Origin: Histomonas meleagridis 2922-C6/04-290x
Lineage: Eukaryota; Protista; Parabasalia
NCBI GenBank assembly: GCA_020184695.1
Contig: JAANOX010000113.1
Coordinates: 62,001 to 126,000, forward strand
Direction: 5' to 3'
DNA: 64,000 bases
Shown here: in pieces, positions 1-10,619 of the stretch
Layout: each line of letters begins with the position of its first letter
How positions within the stretch are numbered: position 1 is the first letter of the stretch
Program-made: the position numbers and the translations under genes
The notes under the pieces: model-generated
Databases searched by the model: none
What the model saw: only the letters and a program-made list of their open reading frames with translations
Told to the model about the DNA's origin: nothing

Positions 1-1474
1 AAGCAATTTAACTATTTTTGTTTTACCATATTTAGATGCAAACATAAGTGCTGTTTGGAATAATATAAATAATTTCCAAATATTTTTTATAAATATTAAA
101 AAATTGAATAAAATCTTGAATAAAACAAATAAGCATCTTTAGTATTAACATCAATTCCTTTATGTTTAAAAAGTAATTTAACTATTTTTGTATGACCTTT
201 TTTAGATGCAGTCATAAGAATTGTTTCAAATAGCTTAAATAAAATCCAAATATTATTTTGATATATTAAATTATTAAAATTAATTTTAAATAAAGCATAT
301 AAATATCTTTTGCATTTACATCAATTCCATAGTTAATAAATAAATTTACTATTTCTGAAAAATTATTTGCACATGCAATCATAAATGCCGTATTAAATAA
401 TATAAATGATTTCCAAATATTTTTTTGAAATATCAAATTGTTATAATATACATCAAATAGAACAACCAAATATCTTCAATATTAGTGTCGATTTCTTCTT
501 GTTCTAGAAGTAATTTTACGACTTCAACATTATTTTTTTCAGTTGCTAATGTAAGTGCTGTTTTATGATTTTATATTTAACATCAAAATTTGGTTATAAA
601 TTTCAAAAATATAAAATAAACATCAAAAAAATGAAATAAAAATTTTGATCATTAAGATTAAAACATTTTTTTCCAATAAATAATTTAACGATATCTAAAT
701 TTCCATTAGCACATGAATCATAAATGCATTCCAACATTATTTATTCTAACATTATATTTCATTTTGAAATTTCAAATAACAAAAATTATTATCAAGCAAA
801 ACAAAGAAAAATCCAATGCATTAATTTCAATTCCTTTATAATCAATAAGATGTTTATCTGTTTCAAAATGATCATTTTGAGTAGCTAACATAAGTGCTGT
901 TTCATTTGGAAAGACTCCAATAAATATAAAGAAATTTTAAATTATTCATACAAAAATTCAATTTAATATAAAAATATTTGCAATATTTACTTTAATATTC
1001 TTTTGATTAAGTAGTAATTTAACAACTTCAATATGACCATTATATGATGCATCCATAAGTGGCGTCCAAAACAATTCAATTAAATTCCAAGTATTAATAA
1101 TAAATATTAATTCATTAAAACAAAAATTTTATTATATAAAAAAGTATTTTCATTATTAATATTAATTTTATCATGTTTAAGCATTAACTCTACTATTTCA
1201 ACATGACCATAATGTGAAGCTAAAGAAAGTGCTGTATCAAATATATTTAATAAATTCCAAATAAATTATTGAAGTTCGAAATAGTTAAAGTTAATTTTAA
1301 CTTTTGTAAAGAAATATTTTTATCATTGAGTTGAATATTTTTTTGTGCAAGAAACAATTTTGCAATTTCTAAAAACCCATTTTCACATGCAGCAATTAAA
1401 GGAGTATCAAAAAATTATGATAAATTTTATTTAACGGTATGAAAAATTAGATATATAAAATAAACTTTAATAAA
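1..1474 (-). repeat. Ankyrin-block/80-nt spacer array 1 (9 blocks, about 170-bp period)
   Basis: Blocks start at 1405, 1235, 1065, 900, 730, 561, 391, 224 and 54 (e.g. TPLIAACENGFLEIAKLFLAQKNIQLNDKN, TALSLASHYGHVEIVELMLKHDKININNEN, TALTLATEKNNVEVVKLLLEQEEIDTNIED). Spacers are 80 nt except one of 75 nt. The block at 730 has a 1-nt deletion. Confidence 0.85.
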
Positions 1475-1476
1475 TA

Positions 1477-2988
1477 AACTAGTTCCAAAAAATGGAAAGC
1501 ACGATAGAGAACGATAGAAATCAGATGGAAAGCTGGTCGTTGTTAGGATTTTATCTAGAAGATCCAATAAAAGCCAATATTGCTCAAAAAACATACCCAG
1601 GAGTAATGCATGATGAAAATAAAAATCAAGCGATTATAAGAATCAGAAGTTTCGGATTTACATATCGCGATATTGAACATTGTCTAAATACATCACAAAA
1701 GCATATTACATTAGTACTTAAAGAATATCAGCTAAGCGGAGAAGTTTCTTGTAAAAAGAGGGGAAGACCTCTAAAAATTGATAATAATGATAAAGCAAAA
1801 ATTGATGAAATAACCATCTCATCACCAAGGTCAACTTGCAAGCATATTTCACAACAAATAAGCAGTCCAGAAAAATCAATCAAAAAATCAACTATTGCAA
1901 AAATCAGACATGAATTACATTTTTTTTTCAAACCACCCAAAAGGAGACCTCAAATGACTCAAGCATGCTTGGATAGAAGACTTACTTTCGCTTATTCTAT
2001 GTTACAAAACGAGGAAAAAAATGAAAAAATTGCGTATAGTGATGAGTGTAAAATCCAATTTTGTCCAGATAATTCATATTTATGAAGAAAACATGGCAGT
2101 ACAAATGAAAATATTTATGTGAATGAAACAAAACAGCCAAAAAAAAACATGATTTTCGGTGCAATTGGTATAAATTATAAGTCAGAGTTTGTTGTCTCTT
2201 CAGTGGAAATTGATGCTGAGCAGTACTGTCATAATGTTCAACTACTTGGAATCTTGAACAGAAAAGATGAATATTATTTTATGCAAGACAATGCTCCTTC
2301 TCATGTGGCAAAAGAAACAATGTTATGGTTAAGAAAATGAATCAACTTTCTTGGTATCTGGCCTGCAAACAGTCCAGACTTGAATCCAATAGAAGTAGTA
2401 TGGGCAATGCTTAAAGAATGGTTATCCAAACAATCAGAACCACAAACGATCGAATAAATGATAAATTTATGCCGTCATTGGTGGAATAATATACTTACAA
2501 TGGAACAGGTAAATGCTTTAACTAGACAATTTAATTCAAGACTTAAGTATTGTATTTTAAATGGAGGAATGTGCATAAATGAATATATCAGAAGAAATAC
2601 TTTCCCTTTTAATGGGCCCATACCCCAATGTGAAAATGAGCTTCAAATTATTGATGATGCACAACTTTTTTTGAAATTTGATCCAAGCATCAATGATCCT
2701 GAAAGATTCGACCCTAATGCTAGAGCAGTTCTAGATCTGAGAAACAAGCAAAGAGCAGCAATCCGCAAATGGACAGATGAAGAGGACAAATTGCTATGCC
2801 AATTTGTTCTAGAGAATGGAAAAGAATGGTCTAAAGTACCACTGATTTTTGGAAATACCCGAACATCTGGACAATGTAAATATCGCTACAAAATTTTAAA
2901 GGACAATGGCAAATTGCTTACACTATTGAAAAACTGAATAAACAGTAAAAACCGATTTTCTCGTGCTTTCCATTTTTTGGAAATAGTT
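1477..2988 (+). mobile_element. Tc1-family (DD34E) DNA transposon, 1512 bp, 28-bp TIRs, TA target-site duplication
   Basis: Left TIR 1477-1504 AACTAGTTCCAAAAAATGGAAAGCACGA. Right TIR 2961-2988 reverse-complements to AACTATTTCCAAAAAATGGAAAGCACGA (1 mismatch). TA at 1475-1476 and 2989-2990; the empty site is the palindrome AAATATTT. Confidence 0.92.
1492..2937 (+). pseudogene. Tc1-like transposase fused to a C-terminal Myb/SANT domain; three in-frame stops
   Basis: ORFs 1492-2085, 2119-2340 and 2458-2937 share one frame. Motifs: HTH region with GRP, YSDECK (D1), MQDNAPSH (D2), WPANSPDLNPIE (E, 34 residues after D2). C-terminal KWTDEEDKLLCQFVLENGKEWSKVP…RTSGQCKYRY is a Myb repeat. Stops at 2083-85, 2338-40 and 2455-57. 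Confidence 0.88.
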
Positions 2989-4351
2989 TATTTGCAAAAA
3001 TTTTTTACATTAATATTAGTTCTTGGATTCTTAAGAATAAATTTAACAAATTCAATATTGCCTGATCTCACAACAGAAATCAAAACATCTTTTGGAATTT
3101 TATTTCCTGCTGAAAAATACATAAAAAGAAATAAATTTCCCAATTCTGCTGCTTCATTAATAATTCCATCATTGATTTTCATTCCTTTATTAACTAAAAA
3201 TGAAAATATTTCATAATTATGATATAAAATACACTCTTTTCCTAATCTTCCTAAATTATCAATTTCTTTTAATTTATTATCATAAAGATATTTAAAAATA
3301 TCATTTCGATAACCCAATTGCTGTTTCATATGCACCTTCAAATGATGAATGATTTTGTTCACATAAATGAATGATTTCTTCATTTCCACCTGCAGCTGCA
3401 TATTTGCCTGTGTTTTCGATATTTGCACCATTCATAAGTAAATATTTAAAGCATTTAACAGATCCAAAAAATGCTGCATAATCAATTAATGAAATACTAT
3501 ATTTATTAATAAAATCACATCTTTCATAAAGTGATGGCTCGATTTTTTGATTAAAATCAAAAACATTTTGTGTTGATATTTCTTGAAGTTTTTCGACTTC
3601 ATCGTTTCGAATTATCTTTGCAATTTCATTCGGATTATGTCCTTCTTTAATTAATTGCTTATGGAGTTCCCAATCATTCTTTGAAAGTTCCTCATAATTT
3701 TCTGAAACGTATTTATAAAATGCATAGCCATAAAGTTCATTAATTTCTTCTTTCGACATATAATGAGAAAAATATAAAGATTTTTGTTCTTTTAATACTT
3801 TTGATATATCAACCATTTTTTGCTCAAGTAATTTTTCAAGAAGATAAATTGAATCTTGTGTGTTTATTTGAAGAAGAAACTGTAAAAAAACATCAATAAT
3901 TTTATGATTGATTTTATCTTCAATATCTTTCATAAATTGAAAATATATATCAAAGTCTTTCAACTGAGAAACAAAATTTATATATAATAATTGACTCAGA
4001 AGGAGATCATAAGAATATGGAAAATCAGGATCAGATAAATTAATTACTGAATCAATAATATTTTCTTCACCTATCTTTTTGAGAGTATTTTGAACATTTT
4101 GAAGATATTTTATATCTTTAGTATTATTTTTTACATCAGATTTTCCTTTCATCTTTATATATCCAAAATAACCCTGTTTATGATCATAAACGGTCGTCAT
4201 AATAATTTCATTTCATTTTTCTTGAATAACACAATAAAAAATTTAAGTAACAAACCACATTTAAAATTACTGTATTAAAATTCCAATAAAAGTTTACATA
4301 TGTATTTGATTCTTTGCATTCATGCAGAAGTTTAGCGCTTAACGTTCCCAT

Positions 4352-4377
4352 AAACGGTTTAGCGGTTTTACGGTTTT
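4352..4377 (+). promoter_or_regulatory. Three tandem M3-like (Myb-recognition, RRCGGTT-type) promoter elements upstream of RPLP2
   Basis: AACGGTT (4353), AGCGGTT (4361) and TACGGTT (4369) lie within 45 nt of the ATG; they resemble the trichomonad M3 core-promoter motif. Confidence 0.55.
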
Positions 4378-4395
4378 GGTCGACCTCTCGAAACA

Positions 4396-4710
4396 ATGAA
4401 GTACATTGCCGCATATCTCCTCGCTCAAGCAGGTGGTGATGCCACACCTTCAAAAGAAAAGATCACAGCAATCCTCGAAAGCGTTGGAATTCAAGTTGAT
4501 GCCAAAGCAATCGATGCCCTTCTTGAAAAATTAAATGGAAAGAATATCGAAGAATTAATAAAGGAAGGTTCATCCAAGCTCGCAGTTGTTGGCGGTGGTG
4601 CCTCTGCTGCTCCTGCTGCTGCATCAACAACAGAAACCAAGGAAGAAGAAAAGAAGGAAGAAGAAGAAGTTGTTGAATTGGCAGGTGGATTTGATGATCT
4701 CTTCGATTAA
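4396..4710 (+). CDS. RPLP2: 60S acidic ribosomal stalk protein P2
   Basis: MKYIAAYLLA…PSKEKITAILESVG…ELIKEGSSKLA, Ala-rich hinge, acidic tail ending LFD. Confidence 0.95.
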   Translation: MKYIAAYLLAQAGGDATPSKEKITAILESVGIQVDAKAIDALLEKLNGKNIEELIKEGSSKLAVVGGGASAAPAAASTTETKEEEKKEEEEVVELAGGFDDLFD

Positions 4711-5349
4711 AATAAACCACTGATTCTATAGCCATTAAGTTTATTTCTTATTTTTTTTTTAATTGAGAATTAAATTTCAAAGAATTCAATATTTACATTT
4801 AGTGTTTCCTTTAAATATATTTTTATGTTTTTGATTACTACCAGTATTTGATTAAAAAATTTTGCAGTATTTTTCAGGAGTTATGCAAAAACCACAAAAT
4901 GTTGCATTCACAGTTATCAATCTAAATATTTTGAATTTAAAAGCAAAATTAATAGTGTATGCATTAATACAAATTTGTGGTGTTATTTGTAACTATATTC
5001 TCTTATTTTGCTTTATTGAACAATGCATTTCAAAATGCAATTTTAAAAATCACATATCCAATGGCGTTGCAATTTTGACATTATGCTCTAAGCTTTGTAT
5101 CAGATATTTTAGCATTAAAAAATATTTAAATAAACATCGCATTCATATTTATTTTTGATAGTAAAACTAATGTTTTAAGAAACCGTTAAAATCAATACTC
5201 AATTTAACCGTTTATCGTTATCTCATAACCGTCAACAATTTTTCCTTAAAAATGCCGAATAAGGACATTAAGGTGCAGAATGCAAAAAATATCGGAATAA
5301 CTTTAAAATTTCCACAATAAAAAATATTCTAAGTAACAAACATTTTTAT

Positions 5350-6483
5350 TTACTTAAAATAGTTCAAAACCAAATCCTTCATTTGCACAATGATTTGGAA
5401 CGGAATTGATTTTCTATTCCTAAGGACCAAACAAATTCTGTTGTACGAATTTGTGTCGTTTGGTTTGCATATGAAATTGTCGAACAGTTCAATGATTTCT
5501 TCCGCTTTTCTTTGGTCATAAATTCCATTTATTTGAGCGTTTAATTTTTGGAGCAAAAGGCGATTGTTCTCATTCTGCGGCTTTTTTACTTTTTTACTGT
5601 TTGTTTGTGGAAATGTATTTGTTTTAGTGTAACTTATGTTTGGCATTTGCTTCGTCTGGGAAATCGTTTTGCTTTGTTTCGCGTTCATTGTTCTTGGATT
5701 GCCTACGTAGTCGTCATGACGATTTAATATGACTGGATACCTTTGAAAGTTTTCATTCGTACTGATTATGACTGTACCATTTCCGTTGATTGTAGGCGTT
5801 GATGACCTGCCTCCGTTTGGAGGCTTTGTGCTGTTTGGTGGACTTCTTGGCCTGCTTTCAGAATTTGAAATTATTGCTTTGTTAATATTTCCATAATTTG
5901 AAGATTTTGCAGGTCCCATTTCTTCGGTTGGATTTGGTTTTGTTAGGGTTTTGTCTTGATTTAAGTTAATTTTTAGTTTATTTGAATTTGTCATTATTTG
6001 ACTTGTTGGAATAATTTTGGAATTGGATTGTGGTGGTTTGCCAACTGTATTTGCAAATTGATGGTATGGGTTTTCATTAGGTTTTAATTGTTGATTGGAG
6101 GAATTGATTTCTTGATTGAAATTAGTGTTTACTGGACTACGATATTCTTCTGTAAATGTATGTGTTTCCATATATCTTAATAGTCTGCTAAAAATTTCTT
6201 GTATTTTATTTCTGTCTAATACATTGTATTGACATAGCACAAAAAGATTATGTAAATCACCTAAAAAAGTTTGTGAGACAGACTTACCTTCTAAAAACAA
6301 TACTGTTTTTGCGTAAAATCCCAGTATTGCTTCTCTTGATGGTGTTTGATTTTGCAATCGTTTAAGTTCAATTATTGGATTATAGTGGGGGAAATCATTT
6401 TTAAAATTAGGGAGATACGGAGTTTGATGAGGCCCTGTAAAATTATTCCAGCTATCATAGAGTTTCTTTGTCTTTGGTTCCAT
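5350..6483 (-). CDS. Hypothetical protein, N/P/Q/T-rich low-complexity middle
   Basis: 377-aa open frame with an ATG start; no recognisable domain. Confidence 0.7.
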   Translation of the reverse strand: MEPKTKKLYDSWNNFTGPHQTPYLPNFKNDFPHYNPIIELKRLQNQTPSREAILGFYAKTVLFLEGKSVSQTFLGDLHNLFVLCQYNVLDRNKIQEIFSRLLRYMETHTFTEEYRSPVNTNFNQEINSSNQQLKPNENPYHQFANTVGKPPQSNSKIIPTSQIMTNSNKLKINLNQDKTLTKPNPTEEMGPAKSSNYGNINKAIISNSESRPRSPPNSTKPPNGGRSSTPTINGNGTVIISTNENFQRYPVILNRHDDYVGNPRTMNAKQSKTISQTKQMPNISYTKTNTFPQTNSKKVKKPQNENNRLLLQKLNAQINGIYDQRKAEEIIELFDNFICKPNDTNSYNRICLVLRNRKSIPFQIIVQMKDLVLNYFK

Positions 6484-6594
6484 GTAGAAGTATTTTGCTG
6501 TCTTTCTTTGACATGTGTTGTGAAATTTAATTTGAATTGTTGTGAGCGTCCGTTTATTTTTGCTGTCATTTTTTGTAATGTGATGTGAAATTTC

Positions 6595-8070
6595 ATGCGA
6601 ATTGGATATAAATCCAATAAAATTTCATCAATTCGAAAGAAAAAATATGATATCAAAGAAGATGATGAAGAAAAGATTAGACAAGATCTTCTTAGAGAAC
6701 TAAGTACAAAAAAACAAATTAATGAGTTCAAAGATGTACAAGAAATAATAATTTTAGTTCATCGTCTACTTAATGCAAATTACCCATTGCAATCATTGCC
6801 AATTAGCCTATTTCATAATGTTTTATTTCATTTCATTGAACAATTTGATGCGAATTTGATGAATATTTTCCTCGAAATTATTATCGCTGCTGGATCACTT
6901 GATGATGACAAATGCATCCAATTTATTAATGATGAACTCATTCAAAATTTATTTCGAATAATTACAACATCGTCTAATTTAGGCCATATTATTGAATCAT
7001 TACATTGTATTTCTCTATTTATAGAACCCGATAAACCAAAAACCATTTCCAAATTTGATGGAAATTCACTTTTTAATCTTATTTTTTCATTGATCACCAA
7101 AATCATCAATTTTTCAGAAAACGAGCCTGTTATTTCAGAGTCACTTAATCTGCTAACCAATGCAGTCAAATCTTATGCTATTTCAGATGACATTTCACAA
7201 TCGATAATAAATCTAATTTTCCAAATTTTGAAACAAGACAATGCTTCCCTTAAGTCATCAGCTATTCGAACGATGTCAATTATTACTCATGACAAAGAAC
7301 CAAAAATAAAATTTTACTTAATACCAGGAATACATCAATTTTTATGTGACTCAATATTAATTGATCAAACAATTGCAAAATATTCATTTTCATCGATATA
7401 TAATTTTTGTCTTCATGACCTTAACTTTACACTTCAAATAGTTCTAAATAGTCCATTTTTATCTTTTATTCCAACGAATGAATGGGACATTGATTTACTT
7501 ATAATATATTGTAAATCATTTTCGAGAATATTCCAAAGAATTGGAGAATGTAAATTCCAAAATCTTGTGGATGTAAATGTTTTAAATTTATTGTTAACAG
7601 CAGTTCGTAATAATATAGAAAACTTAATACCTGTAATTATAAGTTTTGTTGACGAAGCTTCTTTTGTTTTAAAAAAATGGTCTTTAAATGTTTTGTGCCA
7701 ATTAATTATGATATGTGATAAAGAAATTATTATGCTAATAATGAATGGTCATTTGGAATTAATCGAGTGTTTAATTGAGGTGTTGAATATAAATGACTTT
7801 TCGTTAATAAAATTATCGTTGAGAACACTTAGAACATTAATTCAATTCGGTGATGATATTGCTGATGAAATGAATCTTAAAAATATGTTTTATTTAAAGG
7901 CATTGGAATGTAGTTTAGAAAATGTCTGTTGTAATGTTATGGAAAATTTTAGTGAATCAGGAGAAATAACGAAAATATTAGAGGCATTGGATAAAGTTAT
8001 GGAAAAATGTCAAGATAGAGCTGAAATCGATGGATGCGAAGAAGAATATGTTATTGAATATGAAATTTAA
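6595..8070 (+). CDS. Hypothetical ARM/HEAT-like alpha-helical protein
   Basis: 491-aa ORF with a basic N-terminus, Leu/Ile-rich helical repeats and an acidic C-terminus. The fold assignment is an inference. Confidence 0.6.
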   Translation: MRIGYKSNKISSIRKKKYDIKEDDEEKIRQDLLRELSTKKQINEFKDVQEIIILVHRLLNANYPLQSLPISLFHNVLFHFIEQFDANLMNIFLEIIIAAGSLDDDKCIQFINDELIQNLFRIITTSSNLGHIIESLHCISLFIEPDKPKTISKFDGNSLFNLIFSLITKIINFSENEPVISESLNLLTNAVKSYAISDDISQSIINLIFQILKQDNASLKSSAIRTMSIITHDKEPKIKFYLIPGIHQFLCDSILIDQTIAKYSFSSIYNFCLHDLNFTLQIVLNSPFLSFIPTNEWDIDLLIIYCKSFSRIFQRIGECKFQNLVDVNVLNLLLTAVRNNIENLIPVIISFVDEASFVLKKWSLNVLCQLIMICDKEIIMLIMNGHLELIECLIEVLNINDFSLIKLSLRTLRTLIQFGDDIADEMNLKNMFYLKALECSLENVCCNVMENFSESGEITKILEALDKVMEKCQDRAEIDGCEEEYVIEYEI

Positions 8071-8186
8071 TAAAGGAATATAGAGTTTTTATAATATTTT
8101 TAAAACTTCAATTTCGAAATTGATTAATTTCTATTTTGGAAAACTAAAATGTATGGCGACCGTTAATTATTAATTTTTCCTTAAAA

Positions 8187-9725
8187 ATGGGAAATAACCA
8201 AAGTGAATCAGCATCTCCAAAAATTCTTTTTTCAATCTCAAAAGAACCATTAATTGAAACATCACCGTATTGGGAAACTCTTTTTAATTGTGAATTTCCA
8301 GAAAATTTCTCAAGAATTATTTGGTCAGATTTTAAGACATTATACGCACAATCCTCACGAAATTTCCACGTAGGAATAAAAGTTTGTGTGCAAAAGCTTT
8401 CTGATTTAATTAAGTATGTTAAAGAAGATGTAGACACACAATCATTTCGTGTTTCAATTAAGGCAGTTATTTCATTCTTAAGCTACACAATTCCTCAAGT
8501 TATTTCTTCCAAAAATCAAAATCTAATTTTTGATGATAATTCGATAGGAATTCAATTAGCAACATTAATTATCCAATTACTACACATGAAAGATCTTACT
8601 CTTCTTGGTAAGAGTAAATTTTGGTATTCTTCAAATTATGAATTTGAATCCAAATTTGACACACTCCGACTTATGCTTGTTCAAATTCTTCTTCTTCTTG
8701 ACATTGCTAATGTTCAAATACCCGAATTTGACATCAAACATTTTATTACATCCATATCTAATCTTCTCCAATATTATCTCAATCTCACCAACAAAAGTCA
8801 TTTTCATCTTCAACAAAATCTCCTTGAGTCATCGCTTCTATTAATTCTCATTCTTAATGCCGAAATCACCGAAAAGCAAACTGTTGATTTCATCAATACA
8901 TATCTACAAACCAAATCTGATGACTTTACCACAGATTCACAGCCACTTATCATTACATTAATATTTAATATCCTTCGCTTGGCAACGACCAATGATTCCT
9001 CTACTAATACCATCAACATTCCATTAATTTTATCTGCGTTACATCTCATTGACATTGAACCTAATTCGATATATACGCCAATAATATTATATGTCATTGC
9101 ATGGATTGTCTCATTTCCATCATTAACGATTGGCCTTAATGATCCATGTACATTTTTCTCATGTAAAACGCCAATACATCGCGGAACATATTCGGATGCT
9201 TTAATTGAAATTGTATCTCGATTAGGTATTCAACGTTATAAATTAGTTTCGTTAATTATCTCATATGTAATACCATATTCGACTAATTTATCATATTCAA
9301 GCGCAGTTAATATCTTTAAAGCTATAAACATTTCATTAGAGGCGAATGATAAAGAAACAACAAAGATGTTAATATCAGCAATACATTTCATGATAAATCA
9401 ATCAGTAAGAGATAACGTGCCAACAGTAATTGTAATGTTAAAAAACTCAAACATATTAATAAAGGCAATGAAAGAGAATAAAGATTGCGAAGAATGTCAA
9501 CAAGTGGTCCAATTCATTAAAAGTATAAATCAGGAGTTGAAACAAATCGGAAAAGCGTTTTCATCATCAGAATTGGAATTGTTCTTCCAAGATCCAAACT
9601 GTGAACATTTCGCAATTCCAGTGTTAAGGCCACCGCAAATAGAATTCGATTTTAATGTTGAATTTGGAAAATATTTAAAGTTGTTATTGGCTATGTATGT
9701 AACAAATAACATTTTAAAGAAATGA
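8187..9725 (+). CDS. HID1/dymeclin-like protein (putatively N-myristoylated)
   Basis: Starts MGNNQS (myristoylation-like). YWETLF…KTLYAQSSRNFHVGIKVCVQKL resembles the HID1/dymeclin N-terminus. Confidence 0.5.
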   Translation: MGNNQSESASPKILFSISKEPLIETSPYWETLFNCEFPENFSRIIWSDFKTLYAQSSRNFHVGIKVCVQKLSDLIKYVKEDVDTQSFRVSIKAVISFLSYTIPQVISSKNQNLIFDDNSIGIQLATLIIQLLHMKDLTLLGKSKFWYSSNYEFESKFDTLRLMLVQILLLLDIANVQIPEFDIKHFITSISNLLQYYLNLTNKSHFHLQQNLLESSLLLILILNAEITEKQTVDFINTYLQTKSDDFTTDSQPLIITLIFNILRLATTNDSSTNTINIPLILSALHLIDIEPNSIYTPIILYVIAWIVSFPSLTIGLNDPCTFFSCKTPIHRGTYSDALIEIVSRLGIQRYKLVSLIISYVIPYSTNLSYSSAVNIFKAINISLEANDKETTKMLISAIHFMINQSVRDNVPTVIVMLKNSNILIKAMKENKDCEECQQVVQFIKSINQELKQIGKAFSSSELELFFQDPNCEHFAIPVLRPPQIEFDFNVEFGKYLKLLLAMYVTNNILKK

Positions 9726-9837
9726 AAAAAATAAAAATTTATATATGTATAGTAATCAGTAAAAAAAAATGTTTTATTTTTGTTTAATGAATTATTAATG
9801 GAAATTCAAGAACAAAAACGATTTATAAATCGTTTTC

Positions 9838-10210
9838 TGCAATCATAGATGCTGTAAATCATTAGAATAATTTCCAAATGTTATTTTGAACCATCAAAAT
9901 ATTATCATATATATTAATTAAAAAATTTGAATATTTTTAGCATTAATATCATTTCCTTCTTGTTCTTGAAGTAATTTAATTACTTCCGCATGAAACCCAT
10001 AAGACGCTTTCATAAGAGCTGTCCAAAATATGTAAAATAATTTCCTAATATTGTCTTGAAATATCAAATTATTAAAATAAATATTAAATAAAACGAATAA
10101 ATATCTTTAGCATTAACATTATTTCAAGCAGTAATTTAAAAAATTCATTATTATATTTTTCAATTGCATACATAGAAGCTGTAACAAATAAATCGAATAA
10201 TTCCCAAAAA
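9838..10210 (-). pseudogene. Degenerate ankyrin-block/spacer remnant (2-3 units)
   Basis: TA-type block starts near 10182, 10022 and 9855 (e.g. TALMKASYGFHAEVIKLLQEQEG), separated by spacers carrying the same ATTT(G/A)GGAAATTATT motif. Confidence 0.6.
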
Positions 10211-10619
10211 TTATTTTAAATTATTTTGCAAACAAGCAAATAAAAAAATATTAAATAATTCTCATCAAATAAATTAACTAATAAATTTGCTAATTGCAAT
10301 ACATCTTCTTTGCTTATATTAAAAATTATTTGTTCATTTGATATAATTGTTATTAATTCATTTTCATTGTCTTAATTGATATTTTTCGGTGATTTGATAG
10401 TATTTAATATTTCTATAACAATACATCTTAAGATTTTGAAATCTTCTTTTTATCAGAAAAAATTTTTAATCAATCTTAAAAATATATAAAATCTTTTTGT
10501 TTAGATTTTTGCACGATATAAATTTGTATGACTTTTGATATAGTTTTTATTTATCAACGAAATTTTTTAAATATCATTCTTAAACATTATTTTTTAGGAG
10601 CAAACTTTCGATGATATAA

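Larger units (their letters stand above)
1..4200 (-). pseudogene. DUF3447-type/ankyrin-repeat gene with spacer-interrupted ankyrin array; disrupted by a frameshift (~3313) and a Tc1 insertion; continues beyond the left edge
   Basis: ORFs 3301-4200 and 2988-3431 align with paralog 40634-41875 (NTGKYAxAGGNEEIIHLCEQN...YETAI...NDIFKY), joined by an apparent 2-nt deletion near 3313. After the first ankyrin repeat (…RTNINVKN, ends 3000) the gene resumes left of the transposon as 30-codon ankyrin blocks. Confidence 0.8.

Noticed and set aside
2083-2457. Stop-codon reassignment (TGA=Trp) as the explanation for the transposase stops
   Set aside because: One stop is TAA, and many intact genes in the window end in TGA or TAA and use TGG for Trp.
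4208-4735. Minus-strand ORFs 4208-4453 and 4463-4735
   Set aside because: Antisense shadows of RPLP2 with no independent features.
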